Shown here one piece after another: positions 24,156 to 34,500 of a stretch of 48,991 nt of DNA. Origin of the DNA: a virus (lineage: Duplodnaviria > Caudoviricetes); IMG/VR virus record IMGVR_UViG_3300005512_000053, positions 1 to 48,991 of that record; one strand, 5' to 3'. The translations under genes and the position numbers were made by a program. Positions within the stretch are counted from its first letter, which is position 1. Every line of letters starts with the position of its first letter. The notes under the pieces are model-generated. The model was not told the DNA's origin. It saw only the letters and a program-made list of their open reading frames with translations, and did not search any database.

Positions 24156-24682
24156 TGACTGATGAAGTAAATGCTACGCCAGATATTCCAGATATTCAGT
24201 CTACCCAGGCCGAATCTTCTAGTCAGGGAATTAAAATAGCTACCCCAGATATAATTTTATTTAATGAGGACGCTATTCCTGTAGAAGTTATGGCAGATCT
24301 TCTTTTTGAAGAAATCGGTGGGCAAGAAATAATTTCTATAGCTAGAAACGATATTGTAAACGGTCAGAACATTTCTTACAGCCTTATAGGTAATTTGAAT
24401 GGATTGCAGCGCAGATATAACTCTAAAAATATATTTAGTTTGCCAGACACAATAGAAAAATATTTTAGCAACTTTTCTATTAGATTTGACACACACGTTC
24501 CAGAAAATGGAACTGGCCCAGAGGGACAAAGGGTTTACGTTGTTCAAGAATCTACTCCAACTTCCGTTAGAGGAGATCTGGTTATCGATGTCGTAAATAT
24601 GGAAACAAACGAAAGAGTTGATATTGAAGTTCTTAGAAGCGGTACCCCTCTGAGTGATACAATATATGAGGAGGAATCTTGA
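24155..24682 (+). CDS. Putative minor tail protein
   Basis: 175 aa, coupled ORF in the tail module. Confidence 0.5.
   Translation: MTDEVNATPDIPDIQSTQAESSSQGIKIATPDIILFNEDAIPVEVMADLLFEEIGGQEIISIARNDIVNGQNISYSLIGNLNGLQRRYNSKNIFSLPDTIEKYFSNFSIRFDTHVPENGTGPEGQRVYVVQESTPTSVRGDLVIDVVNMETNERVDIEVLRSGTPLSDTIYEEES
24655..24663 (+). promoter_or_regulatory. Extended -10 TGATACAAT within the end of the upstream gene
   Basis: Followed by GAGGAGG (24668-24674) and TTG 24679. Confidence 0.45.
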
Positions 24683-25857
24683 TTACTAATACCGGAAGAA
24701 CAATTTTGGCCAAATACCTAATTGGACAGGCGCCATCATATGCGTCTCATATAGCTTTGGGGGTCGGCGCAACGCCACTAGGACTTTCGGACCCTTTTGA
24801 AGATTACTCTACAAAAAGAAACCTAGACTTTGAGGTTCTTAGAATACCTATTAGCTCCAGGGGATATGTCTACGACGAGGCTGGTGTTGCCAACATTGTT
24901 TTTGCTGGAGAGCTTCCAGGAGATCAGCGATACCTTTTTAGTGAAATCGGTATATTTTCTGCAAAGTCCAATCCTGCGGCAGGTGCAGAAGACAGCAAGA
25001 TGCTTTATACATTTTCTGCTTCTGAGAACTGGGAGTACCACAATAGAGCCTCTGCCACAAGTATACCAACAGTGGTTGAACCGCTGAATGGTGAGCTAGA
25101 AGGCAGTATTATCGAACCACTAGATGGGGACAGCCTGCCTATTCCAGTTTTTAGGACAAACTCTAACAATGTAATCTTTAATAGTGATCCAAGAATTAAT
25201 AGGTATGAGCTTCCTAGATTTTTAGATAGAGCACTTCTTATTTCTGGAGATATGTCTTACATAGAAGAGTACGATGGAATTCTTTCTATTAAAGAGTCTA
25301 CCCCCTCGGAATATTATGGTACACACCTGCACCTGACCGGTATTACTAACAACTTTAACCGCAACTCTTCTTCGGATCAGCTGCGTCTAGCCTTTTCTGT
25401 TTTAGACAAGGACTCTTCTCAATCAGGAACAAGCGCTGGCAGGGTTGGTGGGGTTCGGATAATCCTAGAGTTTGCCTCTAGCGATGCCCTAGACCCTCAA
25501 AACTTTGCAAGGCTTGAGGTTGACTTAGACCCATCCGATGGTGATTTTGTTACAAATCGATACATTGTTGTTACAAAAACCTTGGGGGAGCTTGTAAAGA
25601 GCAACACCTTTACTTGGAATACAATTAATGTTATTAAGATTTATGCAATGGTATATGATGCTACGGGTAGCGGAATACCCTCCGATAATTTCTATATTGC
25701 CCTAGATGGTCTTAGGTTAGAAAACGTTACCGCACAAAACCCGCTTTATGGAATGACGGGGTATACCGTAATTAAAACCGAAAATGGTCAAACAATTACA
25801 AAAGAAGCCAACACCTCAAATCTTGTAGAGTTTAGATATGGCTTGGATGTAGCATAA
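24679..25857 (+). CDS. Putative minor tail protein
   Basis: 392 aa, TTG start with a strong RBS; N-terminus MITNTGRTILAKYL...IALGVG...SEIGIF resembles tail fibre/baseplate N-termini. Confidence 0.55.
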   Translation: MITNTGRTILAKYLIGQAPSYASHIALGVGATPLGLSDPFEDYSTKRNLDFEVLRIPISSRGYVYDEAGVANIVFAGELPGDQRYLFSEIGIFSAKSNPAAGAEDSKMLYTFSASENWEYHNRASATSIPTVVEPLNGELEGSIIEPLDGDSLPIPVFRTNSNNVIFNSDPRINRYELPRFLDRALLISGDMSYIEEYDGILSIKESTPSEYYGTHLHLTGITNNFNRNSSSDQLRLAFSVLDKDSSQSGTSAGRVGGVRIILEFASSDALDPQNFARLEVDLDPSDGDFVTNRYIVVTKTLGELVKSNTFTWNTINVIKIYAMVYDATGSGIPSDNFYIALDGLRLENVTAQNPLYGMTGYTVIKTENGQTITKEANTSNLVEFRYGLDVA

Positions 25858-26294
25858 TGCCAAGGGGACAGCAGAAGGTTAGAATTCCAAGATCTGACTT
25901 GCCAGAAGTCTCTAGGCTTTCAGACGGAACCTATGGATACATTGTTAGATACAGAATTATATCTGAAGATCAAAACCGATTTTCACACTGGAGCCCTATC
26001 CGAGAATTGACTGTTCCGCCAATAGTTCCCACTTTGGATGGAGACATTGCAGTAAACGGAAACATTGTTCAAGTTGCCTGGGGAGATCAAGAGTTTCGAA
26101 CTGCCTACGATGTTTTTATAAGTTTTAACGGCGAAGACTATGTCTACAACGGAACAACATCAAACAACCAATATTCATTTTTGGCACCCTATGACTCTTT
26201 AAGTGTTAGAGCTTTGATACAGGTCGCAAGTACAGAAAAAGAAGAAACGCCCTACCTTACAATATTTGAAAGTATAGAGACAGACCTGGTATAA
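25857..26294 (+). CDS. Putative minor tail protein (FN3-like beta sandwich)
   Basis: 145 aa, beta-rich, with a SHWSP motif. Confidence 0.45.
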   Translation: MPRGQQKVRIPRSDLPEVSRLSDGTYGYIVRYRIISEDQNRFSHWSPIRELTVPPIVPTLDGDIAVNGNIVQVAWGDQEFRTAYDVFISFNGEDYVYNGTTSNNQYSFLAPYDSLSVRALIQVASTEKEETPYLTIFESIETDLV

Positions 26295-26295
26295 T
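26287..26295 (+). promoter_or_regulatory. Extended -10 TGGTATAAT
   Basis: Overlaps the upstream stop codon; AGGAG RBS before ATG 26312. Confidence 0.6.
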
Positions 26296-26311
26296 TGGGT
26301 CTAGGAGAAAA

Positions 26312-26758
26312 ATGTCAAAAATACCATTGCCAGAACGAGGCCAGCCTCTAGATCTTTCGTATATCTATCAGTTGGCCAATACGATTAATGAGTTAGCTAC
26401 CCAGCTGTCTCCCACTACGGGAAGATATACCTCAATCGACACGGCTTCCGCTGGGAATCAAAGCGTAAGAACCTCCGACGCTAGAATTGTAGGCGGCTAT
26501 GTTACCGTAACAAACAACTCAACTACCAGCCCAGACGGAGAGGGTAGTTTTAGTTATAACTTTAGTGACTTTAGGTATGCACCAGTCGTAACTGCAACAC
26601 CACTACTTATCGATGAAAGCTCTACTGAGTCTGGAAAAGACATTTCTGTTGTTTTAACAAAAGTTTCAAACAACCGCGTAGAGGGTATCGTAAAGTTTAA
26701 CACTATTGGTGTAGCATCTGTTGGAATTAATCTTTTAATGGTCGGCATTCCTGTCTAG
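26312..26758 (+). CDS. Putative tail fibre/tip-associated protein
   Basis: 148 aa; C-terminal FRYAPVVTAT...LLMVG pattern resembles H-type lectin/gp53-like tail domains. Confidence 0.4.
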   Translation: MSKIPLPERGQPLDLSYIYQLANTINELATQLSPTTGRYTSIDTASAGNQSVRTSDARIVGGYVTVTNNSTTSPDGEGSFSYNFSDFRYAPVVTATPLLIDESSTESGKDISVVLTKVSNNRVEGIVKFNTIGVASVGINLLMVGIPV

Positions 26759-26765
26759 GAGAGAG

Positions 26766-27287
26766 ATGGATCGAGAGGCGTATAACAGCGCTCCAGTTAT
26801 TACTGGCAGTAAGCGTGTTTGGTTTTTAAATAATTGTCTTGTTAGAAAGTATCACTTCAACAAGTCAAACGGCATCATGTCAGTGTTTAACATAACCAAC
26901 GATCAAATTGAAAGCTGCCTCATCTCTGATTTCAAAAGAAATAGAGAAAGAGCTTTTAGCGTTAAAGAGACAGCAGAGCTTGTTCACAGGCATCAAAAAC
27001 ACCTGTACAGACTTATTCACCAAGGCCTAATTCCTCCCCCTGTTGGAGCTACCAAGGGCGGGGAAAGGGCTTGGAGAATCAGGGCATACTATTCAGAAAC
27101 AATGGTTAAAGAAATTCGTGATATCATTGCTAAGCAGCATATGGGTAGACCAAGAAAAGACGGCTTGATCACCAATGATTCAACTCCTACCGTTCAGGAG
27201 TTGACAAGACGTATGGGGGATGGTATCCTGACTTATACGAGAACAGAAGACGGTAACTTTGTACCAATTTGGACAGAGTCTATTTAG
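26766..27287 (+). CDS. MerR/excisionase-like HTH DNA-binding protein
   Basis: FSVKETAELVHRHQKHLYRLIHQGLIPPP...RAYYSE winged-HTH pattern and a GRPRK AT-hook-like motif. Confidence 0.6.
   Translation: MDREAYNSAPVITGSKRVWFLNNCLVRKYHFNKSNGIMSVFNITNDQIESCLISDFKRNRERAFSVKETAELVHRHQKHLYRLIHQGLIPPPVGATKGGERAWRIRAYYSETMVKEIRDIIAKQHMGRPRKDGLITNDSTPTVQELTRRMGDGILTYTRTEDGNFVPIWTESI
27201..27229 (+). promoter_or_regulatory. Sigma70/SigA-type promoter TTGACA-17-TATCCT (with TG) for the replication block
   Basis: TTGACA 27201-27206, 17-nt spacer, TG at 27221-27222, TATCCT 27224-27229; inside the HTH gene. Confidence 0.6.
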
Positions 27288-27298
27288 AAGGGTATGAG

Positions 27299-27505
27299 AT
27301 GGAAAACAGCAGTGCTAAGGTAAGCGTTGCATTGGGCTATACGCTCAATCTAGGAAACTTTCAATCATTGCGTATTGATCTGGGCGTAGAAGACTCAGAG
27401 CGCGATGGAGAAAACATTAGCGAGGCCTTTGATAGGGTTTATGCTTTTGTAGAGCAGAAGCTCACAGACAAGGTTAAAGAAGCATCGGCAGAAGTTAGTC
27501 AATAA
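27299..27505 (+). CDS. Small hypothetical protein
   Basis: Likely start ATG 27299 (GAAGGG RBS); LGYTLNLGNFQSLRID motif. Confidence 0.6.
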   Translation: MENSSAKVSVALGYTLNLGNFQSLRIDLGVEDSERDGENISEAFDRVYAFVEQKLTDKVKEASAEVSQ

Positions 27506-27813
27506 TGGCTGACCGCAAAGACCGAATGGCTTTGCTCAGCAGATATGCAAAACTTTATACATTTAAGTATAATACAAAGCCGACACACAACATTAACAAA
27601 GAGCAATGGGCAGCAGACTCTTTGATAGAGTCTTATGGTCTGCCTGGGTGCTACGACCTTTTAGAGTACTACTTTGATGTAGCGCATACGCCAAGCTGGA
27701 GTTATTTCGCTAACTATGCAGAGAAGATCTTGCAGGCAAAAGAACAGTTTGAAGAAGACCAAAGAGAGAGAGCGGAGAGACGTAAAATGGCAAAGGAATG
27801 GCTAAATGGATAG
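27505..27813 (+). CDS. Hypothetical protein coupled to the helicase gene
   Basis: 102 aa, TAATG-coupled, overlaps the DnaB start. Confidence 0.6.
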   Translation: MADRKDRMALLSRYAKLYTFKYNTKPTHNINKEQWAADSLIESYGLPGCYDLLEYYFDVAHTPSWSYFANYAEKILQAKEQFEEDQRERAERRKMAKEWLNG

Positions 27814-29029
27814 CGCCGAAGCAAAGGTCTTATCTGCGGTTCTAAAAGACAAACAGATCCACGTACTCCTACAGGCTAACGCAGACAACCTGATGTCAAC
27901 GCACGGCGACATCTGGGAATTTATTAGACGATATACCGAAAGTAATAGCGAGCTTCCTCCGGTAAATCTGGTACAGCAAAAGTTTCCAGACTTCCACCTT
28001 GTAGAAGACGTAGGTGCAACAAGGCACCACCTAGAGGAGTTGCAGTCAGAGTATCTTAGTACTACGCTTAAAGAAATTATTCGCACAGCAGCCTCTGAGA
28101 TTCAGGATGGGCAAAGCGGTGGGGCATTAGAAGAGCTTATCAACAAGACTTCAGAACTTAAGAAAAACACTTCAGTAATTAAAGACATTGATGCAACGGA
28201 TATCGAAGACGCAGTAGCCTACTTCCAGAACGTGCAAAAGCAGAAAGAGCTTGGCGTACTAGGGATTAAGACTGGGCTTCCAGGATTTGATAACTATCTG
28301 CCCTCTGGCATTATGCCAGGACAGCTCGGAGTGTTTCTTGCATATCCTGGTATTGGTAAGTCCTGGCTGTCTCTCTACTTTGCTGTGCAGGCATGGAAGC
28401 AGGGAAAGTCCCCACTAGTCATCAGCCTTGAGATGTCCGAGACAGAGGTTCGTAACCGTGTGTTTACCATTATGGGCGAGGGGCTCTGGTCACATCGCAA
28501 GATAAGCAACGGCGAAATCGAGATAGAAGATCTTAAGCGTTGGCACCAGGCGCACATTAAAGACAAGCCACCATTTAGGATTGTATCTAACGACACAGGC
28601 GGAGACATTACCCCATCTGTTTTGCGAGGAAAGATGGACCAGTACAAGCCAGACTTCGTAATCGTTGACTACCTGCAGCTTATGAGTCCTAACCAAAAGT
28701 CTGACAACGAAACTGTTAGAATGAAGAATCTGTCTCGTGAGCTAAAGCTTATGGCAATTTCAGAGGAAGTTCCCATTATTGCAATTTCTTCTGCAACACC
28801 AGATGATGCAACTAGGCTAGACACCGTACCGACCCTAGGGCAAACAGCCTGGTCCAGACAGATTAGCTACGATGCCGACTGGGTCCTAGCCTTGGGAAGA
28901 GCTAGCAATAGCGACATCATCGAGGTCGCCTGGAGAAAAAACAGAAATGGAATGATGTCTGACTTTTATATCCAGGCAGATTTTGATAAAGGTTGGTACC
29001 GTTACAAAGATATAGAGGAAGACAACTAG
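27806..29029 (+). CDS. dnaB: Replicative DnaB-like helicase
   Basis: Walker A AYPGIGKS, SLEMS, Walker B IVDYLQLM, SRELK, DADWVL, KNRNG. Confidence 0.92.
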   Translation: MDSAEAKVLSAVLKDKQIHVLLQANADNLMSTHGDIWEFIRRYTESNSELPPVNLVQQKFPDFHLVEDVGATRHHLEELQSEYLSTTLKEIIRTAASEIQDGQSGGALEELINKTSELKKNTSVIKDIDATDIEDAVAYFQNVQKQKELGVLGIKTGLPGFDNYLPSGIMPGQLGVFLAYPGIGKSWLSLYFAVQAWKQGKSPLVISLEMSETEVRNRVFTIMGEGLWSHRKISNGEIEIEDLKRWHQAHIKDKPPFRIVSNDTGGDITPSVLRGKMDQYKPDFVIVDYLQLMSPNQKSDNETVRMKNLSRELKLMAISEEVPIIAISSATPDDATRLDTVPTLGQTAWSRQISYDADWVLALGRASNSDIIEVAWRKNRNGMMSDFYIQADFDKGWYRYKDIEEDN

Positions 29030-29039
29030 CAATATATTG

Positions 29040-29048
29040 TGCTATACT
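29040..29048 (+). promoter_or_regulatory. Extended -10 TGCTATACT, leaderless start of an HNH gene
   Basis: Ends 6 nt before ATG 29055. Confidence 0.6.
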
Positions 29049-29054
29049 TTTTAA

Positions 29055-29675
29055 ATGAAAGAATGTACTCGGTGTCACAAGGTCCTAGACGAATCTTTCT
29101 TTTATAAAGACGGAAAAGGGCTTATCTCTAGATGCAAGAAGTGCATAAAAGAAATTCGTGCAGAGTATTATAGACAGAACAATATTCTAATTAAACAAAA
29201 AAGAAAAAAGTATGTAGAAAATAATAAAGAAAAAATTTCCGCTTTAGATAAAAAGTATAAAAGATCAGAAGTCGGAATAAAAAAAAGAAAAGAAAACTAT
29301 AAAAAGAATATAGAAAAACATAGAGAAAAAGATAGAGACAGATACAGAAAATATTGGATCAAAAGAAGGCTTTCTCAAATTAAGTCAAAAAGTCTAAGGC
29401 TCGGAGTAAGCTTTGACATAACCGAAGATTGGGTTTTAAAACAGTTAGAAAAACAAAACTGGACGTGCTACTGGACCGCAGTTCCACTAGACGTAAACAG
29501 TGTTTTGTTTAGGCCCAGCTTTGACAGGATAATTCCTAGCGGCGGTTATACAAAAGACAACGTTGTTATTTGCTCTTTCTTTGTTAATATGGGAAGAAAC
29601 AATGCCAGTACCGAAGAGCTGGGCCTTATGATCAATCAAATAAAAAGAACTTATAGAGGATTTAGTTTAAACTAG
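29055..29675 (+). CDS. Free-standing HNH-like (His-Cys) homing endonuclease
   Basis: N-terminal CxxC...CxxC Zn finger, Lys-rich linker, C-terminal CYWT...PSFDRI...GYTKDNVVICSFFVN; very A-rich DNA. Confidence 0.75.
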   Translation: MKECTRCHKVLDESFFYKDGKGLISRCKKCIKEIRAEYYRQNNILIKQKRKKYVENNKEKISALDKKYKRSEVGIKKRKENYKKNIEKHREKDRDRYRKYWIKRRLSQIKSKSLRLGVSFDITEDWVLKQLEKQNWTCYWTAVPLDVNSVLFRPSFDRIIPSGGYTKDNVVICSFFVNMGRNNASTEELGLMINQIKRTYRGFSLN

Positions 29676-29691
29676 CTTATATAATGGTGGT

Positions 29692-30018
29692 ATGACAAAC
29701 GTACACCATAAGCCACTAAAAAGGTTTGGGCTAGAAGGAACTATATACGACGACTCTGCTATTTGGAGATTAAAAATAGAATACATGAGACTGATAATCT
29801 CAGAAATGCGTTTGTCTGGTTATGTTCCTCGAATTGACATTGCGCCAGACTTTACTATGGGCTATAATGAGAAATCACAAAGCTTTAATTTTGAATTATC
29901 CCTATACGGGATCTATGTGGGAAAGAGAAAGAGCGAATGGATATTCGGGGTAGACGAAACAAGGGTCATACCTATACAGCAGAACAAGTTAGAAGAGTAC
30001 TTGCGGGAAGCGGCATAG
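29692..30018 (+). CDS. Hypothetical protein (leaderless)
   Basis: 108 aa; TATAAT at 29680-29685 ends 6 nt before the ATG. Confidence 0.65.
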   Translation: MTNVHHKPLKRFGLEGTIYDDSAIWRLKIEYMRLIISEMRLSGYVPRIDIAPDFTMGYNEKSQSFNFELSLYGIYVGKRKSEWIFGVDETRVIPIQQNKLEEYLREAA

Positions 30019-30881
30019 ACGTAGAGTCTGAAGTAGACACAGACTTCCTGATTTTTTGTCCATTCCACGCAAATTTCAGAACTCCCGCTGGTGAAGTTGA
30101 CAAGGTAAGAGGCACTTTCTTTTGTTTTTCCTGTCACCACGTTTCTAGTCTTGTAGAGCTTGTCATGCACCAGACCAGAAAGACTTACTTTGAGTCAATT
30201 AGATTTGTTAAATCTATGGAAATTGAAAGTGACTTGCAAGAAGAGGTTGCACAAAGACTAAACAAAAAGCCAGACTACGTACCATTTGACGAGCTGCTCG
30301 TAAAGAGGTTGGCTGCTACGGCATTAGAATCACCAAGAGCCAAGACCTATTACTTTGGTAGAAAGATTACAGAAGACTCTATGAAGAAGTTTGATCTTGG
30401 ATACTCAGAGAGTCAGGACATGGTTACGATTCCCGTCCACTCACCAGACGGTATGCTGGTTGGCTTTGTGGGCCGCTCTGTAGAGGGTAAAGAGTTTAAG
30501 AACACTCCTGGACTACCCAAGGGCAAAACACTTTTTAATTTATATAGGGTTAAGACATCTCGTAAGGTCTACGTCGTAGAGTCCTCATTTGACGCCATCA
30601 GGCTTGATCAGTGCGGGATGCCAGCGGTAGCAACACTAGGATCCAACGTATCTAATATCCAAACAGAGTTGCTAAAAAAATACTTCAATGATATAATTGT
30701 CATTGCAGATAATGATGATGCAGGAAACAGTATGGCTAAGCGGCTTCAAGAAAAGCTGGGGGCTAAGATTTCTGTTCTTCATTTAGAAACAAAATATAAA
30801 GACATTGGCGATATGGATGATGCAGACATCAAAGCTCTAAACTTTGACTTCGCAGATTCGATATCATCAATTCTAAACTAA
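29937..30881 (+). CDS. dnaG: DNA primase (CHC2 Zn finger + TOPRIM)
   Basis: CPFH...FFCFSC Zn finger, GFVGR, VVESSFDA, ADNDDAG, KDIGD. Confidence 0.9.
   Translation: MDIRGRRNKGHTYTAEQVRRVLAGSGIDVESEVDTDFLIFCPFHANFRTPAGEVDKVRGTFFCFSCHHVSSLVELVMHQTRKTYFESIRFVKSMEIESDLQEEVAQRLNKKPDYVPFDELLVKRLAATALESPRAKTYYFGRKITEDSMKKFDLGYSESQDMVTIPVHSPDGMLVGFVGRSVEGKEFKNTPGLPKGKTLFNLYRVKTSRKVYVVESSFDAIRLDQCGMPAVATLGSNVSNIQTELLKKYFNDIIVIADNDDAGNSMAKRLQEKLGAKISVLHLETKYKDIGDMDDADIKALNFDFADSISSILN
30669..30697 (+). promoter_or_regulatory. Promoter TTGCTA-17-TATAAT (with TG) inside the primase gene, probably driving SSB
   Basis: TTGCTA 30669-30674; TGATATAAT 30689-30697. Confidence 0.55.
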
Positions 30882-30930
30882 ATATATATAAAATATCAAT
30901 CAAGTATCAACTAAGTATAGGAGAAAATAT

Positions 30931-31587
30931 ATGAGCGTAGTAAAAGGGTTGAAGAATATCAACGCACTACTCGACAGGCCAAAGTATGACAGCGACAAGC
31001 CCCGCGTAAAGTGGCTGAAGCTTGCTGATGGTCAGTCCGTCAAGATCCGCTTCCTTGAGGAGCTGGATGAAGACTCTGCAAACTATGACGCAGAGCGTGG
31101 ACTTTCACTTGTTGTGAGAGAACACACTAACCCCAAGGACTACCGCCGCAAGGCAGTAGACACTATGGAGACCGAAGGTCGTGACTGGGCAGATGAGATG
31201 CACAGGAAAGACCCCAAGGCTGGCTGGGGTGGACGACTCCGCTTCTACTGCAACGTGCTAGTAGACGACGGAATCGAAGAGCCATACGTGGCAATTTGGT
31301 CCATTGGTGTTGGAAAGCAGTCGCCTTTCAACGTCATTCGTGACTACGCACTTGAGACAGGTAGTATTTCTAATCTTACCTGGAAGCTCAAGCGCAATGG
31401 TCAGGGAGTGGACACAAGCTACACCCTCATTCCTGGTGCTCCAGACAGCGAGCCCCACAATTGGGAAGACATTAAGCCCTATGACCTTAATGTCGCTCTT
31501 AACCACATACCATATGCAGATCAGGAAGCCTACTACCTTGGCTTTGACTCACCTTCTGCTACCACCGCATCTAATGTGGAGTGGTAA
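30931..31587 (+). CDS. Single-stranded DNA-binding protein (gp32-like OB fold)
   Basis: WLKLADGQSVKIRFL, RFYCNVLV, KLKRNGQGVDTSYTL; terminal aromatic residue; lies between primase and polymerase. Confidence 0.7.
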   Translation: MSVVKGLKNINALLDRPKYDSDKPRVKWLKLADGQSVKIRFLEELDEDSANYDAERGLSLVVREHTNPKDYRRKAVDTMETEGRDWADEMHRKDPKAGWGGRLRFYCNVLVDDGIEEPYVAIWSIGVGKQSPFNVIRDYALETGSISNLTWKLKRNGQGVDTSYTLIPGAPDSEPHNWEDIKPYDLNVALNHIPYADQEAYYLGFDSPSATTASNVEW

Positions 31588-31593
31588 TCAGGT

Positions 31594-34500
31594 ATGACAT
31601 ATAGTGGCTTACATGTTCACACTCATTTCAGTCTTTTCGATGGAATTGCTAAACCGGAAGAGTATATTGATAGAGCCGTAGAGCTTGGAATGGGTTCTCT
31701 GGCGATTACAGATCATGGAACACTTTCTGGTCACAGAGAGTTTTTCCGTGCCGCCAAAGAAAAGAACATTAAGCCAATTCTTGGCGTGGAGGGCTATATA
31801 ACCGAAGATAGGTTCGATCAACGCGATCGGGATAGTAGAGAAGGGCCTTTAGACCTTGTTTACAACCATATAGTCCTCCTTGCTAAGAGCCAAAAAGGCT
31901 TGGAGAATCTTAATAAGCTAAACGAAATTGCTTGGACAGAGGGTTTTTACAAGAAGCCACGCATTGACTATGAAGTTTTAGAGAAGTACAAAGAGGGCAT
32001 TATCGTAACCTCTGGATGTCTTAGCGGAACTATTGCCAAGGCCATTGAGGCTGGGGAGTTAGCAGAAGCTAAGCGTCAAATCGAGTGGCACCACAAAGTA
32101 TTTGGGGACGACTATTACATCGAGGTAATGCCACACAACCCAGCAGAAATGAATCACCAGCTGCTTGCCCTAGCAGATGAGTTTGGAATTAAGCCAGTAG
32201 TAACACCAGACTGCCACCACTCTGATGTGGGGCAGAAAGAGATTCAAGAGCTTAAGCTAATTCTTAACACTTATAGCAACAAGATTCAGAAGGATGCTAC
32301 CTTCGAAAAGTCTAAAAAGTTTGACAACCTTAAGGATAGACTTAATTATCTTTACGGAGATCGAGACATCTCTTTTGATAATTTTGACATTCACTTGCTT
32401 TCAGATGAAGAAATGAGAGCCGCCATGACTTCTCAGGGTATCGAGAGAGAAGACATTTACGAAAACACTGTAGAGATTTCTAACAAGATCACAGACTATG
32501 ATATTCGAGATGGCCTAGACCTTCTTCCAGCACAATATCAAAACCCCTATCGAGAGCTTGCTGAGCTAGCCGTAGAGGGTCTAAAAGAGCGTGGAGTGTA
32601 CAAGACAGAGGGCTATATGGAACGCCTAGAAGAAGAGATGGGGATTATCGAAAGCAAGAACTTCGGCCCCTACTTCTTGGTTGTTCGTAATATGATTAAC
32701 TGGGCAAAGAAGGAGGGTATTCAGGTTGGTCCCGGTCGTGGCTCATCTGCTGGCTCGTTACTCTGCTACGCACTAGGCATTACCGACATTGACCCAATCA
32801 AGTATGGACTTCTGTTCTTCCGTTTTATCAATCCAGATCGTAACGACTTCCCCGATATTGATACAGATATTCAGGATACTCGTCGTGAAGAGGTAAAAGA
32901 TTATTTGGTTAGGCAGTATCGACACGTCGCTTCTATTGCAACCTTCCTGGAGTTCAAAGACAAGGGTGTTATTCGAGACATTGCCAGAGTGCTACACATT
33001 CCCCTTACGGATGTAAACAAAGTAAGCAAGCTGTTTGACACTTGGGATGAGTACTTAACGTCTAAGCAAACGAAAGAGTTTAGAGAAAAATATCCAGAGA
33101 TTGAAAAGTATGGTGACCAGTTGCGTGGTCGTATTCGTGGTACTGGAATCCACGCTGCAGGCGTTGTCACCGCTAAGGAACCAATCTTTAGGCACGCACC
33201 AATGGAGACTAGGCAGGCTCCTGGATCTGGAGAGCGTATCCCAGTGGTTGCGGTAGATATGGAAGAGGCAGAGCGTATTGGTCTTATTAAGATCGACGCA
33301 CTCGGCCTCAAGACTCTGAGTGTTTTGAGAAACACTCTGGATATCATCAAAAAGCGTCACCGTAAAGAAATTAATCTATTAAATATTGACCTAGAAGATG
33401 AAAAGATTTATGAAATGCTTTCCAATGGTCACACCAAGGGTGTCTTCCAGTGTGAAGCAGCACCATATACAAACTTGTTGGTAAGAATGGGTGTTCGCAA
33501 CTTTAACGAGCTAGCCGCCTCTAATGCTTTGGTTCGACCTGGTGCCATGAACACAATCGGTAAAGATTATATCGAACGCAAAAAGGGTCGTCAGGGTATA
33601 ACCTATCACCACGATGTTATGAAGCAGTTTACAGAAGAAACCTACGGCTGCATTCTTTATCAGGAGCAGGTTATGCAGTCCTGTGTTGAGCTTGGTGGCA
33701 TGTCAATGGTAGAAGCCGATAAGGTTCGTAAGATTATTGGTAAGAAGAAGGACGCCAAAGAGTTTGATATTTTCAAGGACAAGTTTGTAGAGGGCGCTTC
33801 TCGCTACATGACTCCCAACGCCGCCAAAGAATTGTGGCACGACTTTGAGGCACACGCGGGGTACTCTTTTAACAAGTCGCACGCTGTGGCGTACTCTACC
33901 CTGTCATATTGGACGGCTTGGCTAAAGTACTACTACCCTCTTGAGTTTATGTTCGCTATTCTTAAGAACGAAAAAGATAAGGACGGTCGCACAGAGTATT
34001 TGATTGAGGCAAAGCGTATGGGTATTCCGATTAGGCTACCCCACGTCAACGACTCAGACATCGACTTTAAAATCGAGGGTAAAGGTATTAGGTTTGGTTT
34101 ATCTGGAATTAAATACATATCAGACAATATTGCTGGAAAGTATTTAGAGGCTAGGCCGTTTAATTCATACAAAGAGCTAGAAGAGTTTAGTATGAGGAAG
34201 GGTGCTGGCGTAAACAGCAGATCTCTGCAGGCGCTTAGAGTAATCGGTGCGGCTAACTTCGAGGACAATCCTCGTAACGAAGAAGAGATTCGTAGCAATC
34301 TTTACGAGTATTTAAACCTGCCAGAGTTTAACGTAACGGTTCCATCACACTACTATGCTTTTCTAAACTCCGTAGAAGATTTCGAGGAGAAGGGCTCTTT
34401 CATTTTGATGGGAATGGTAAAAAGCATTAAGCGTGGAAAGGGTTGGTCTAGAGTAGAGGTTCTAGATAAGACTGGCTCTATCGGTATCTTCGATGAAGAG

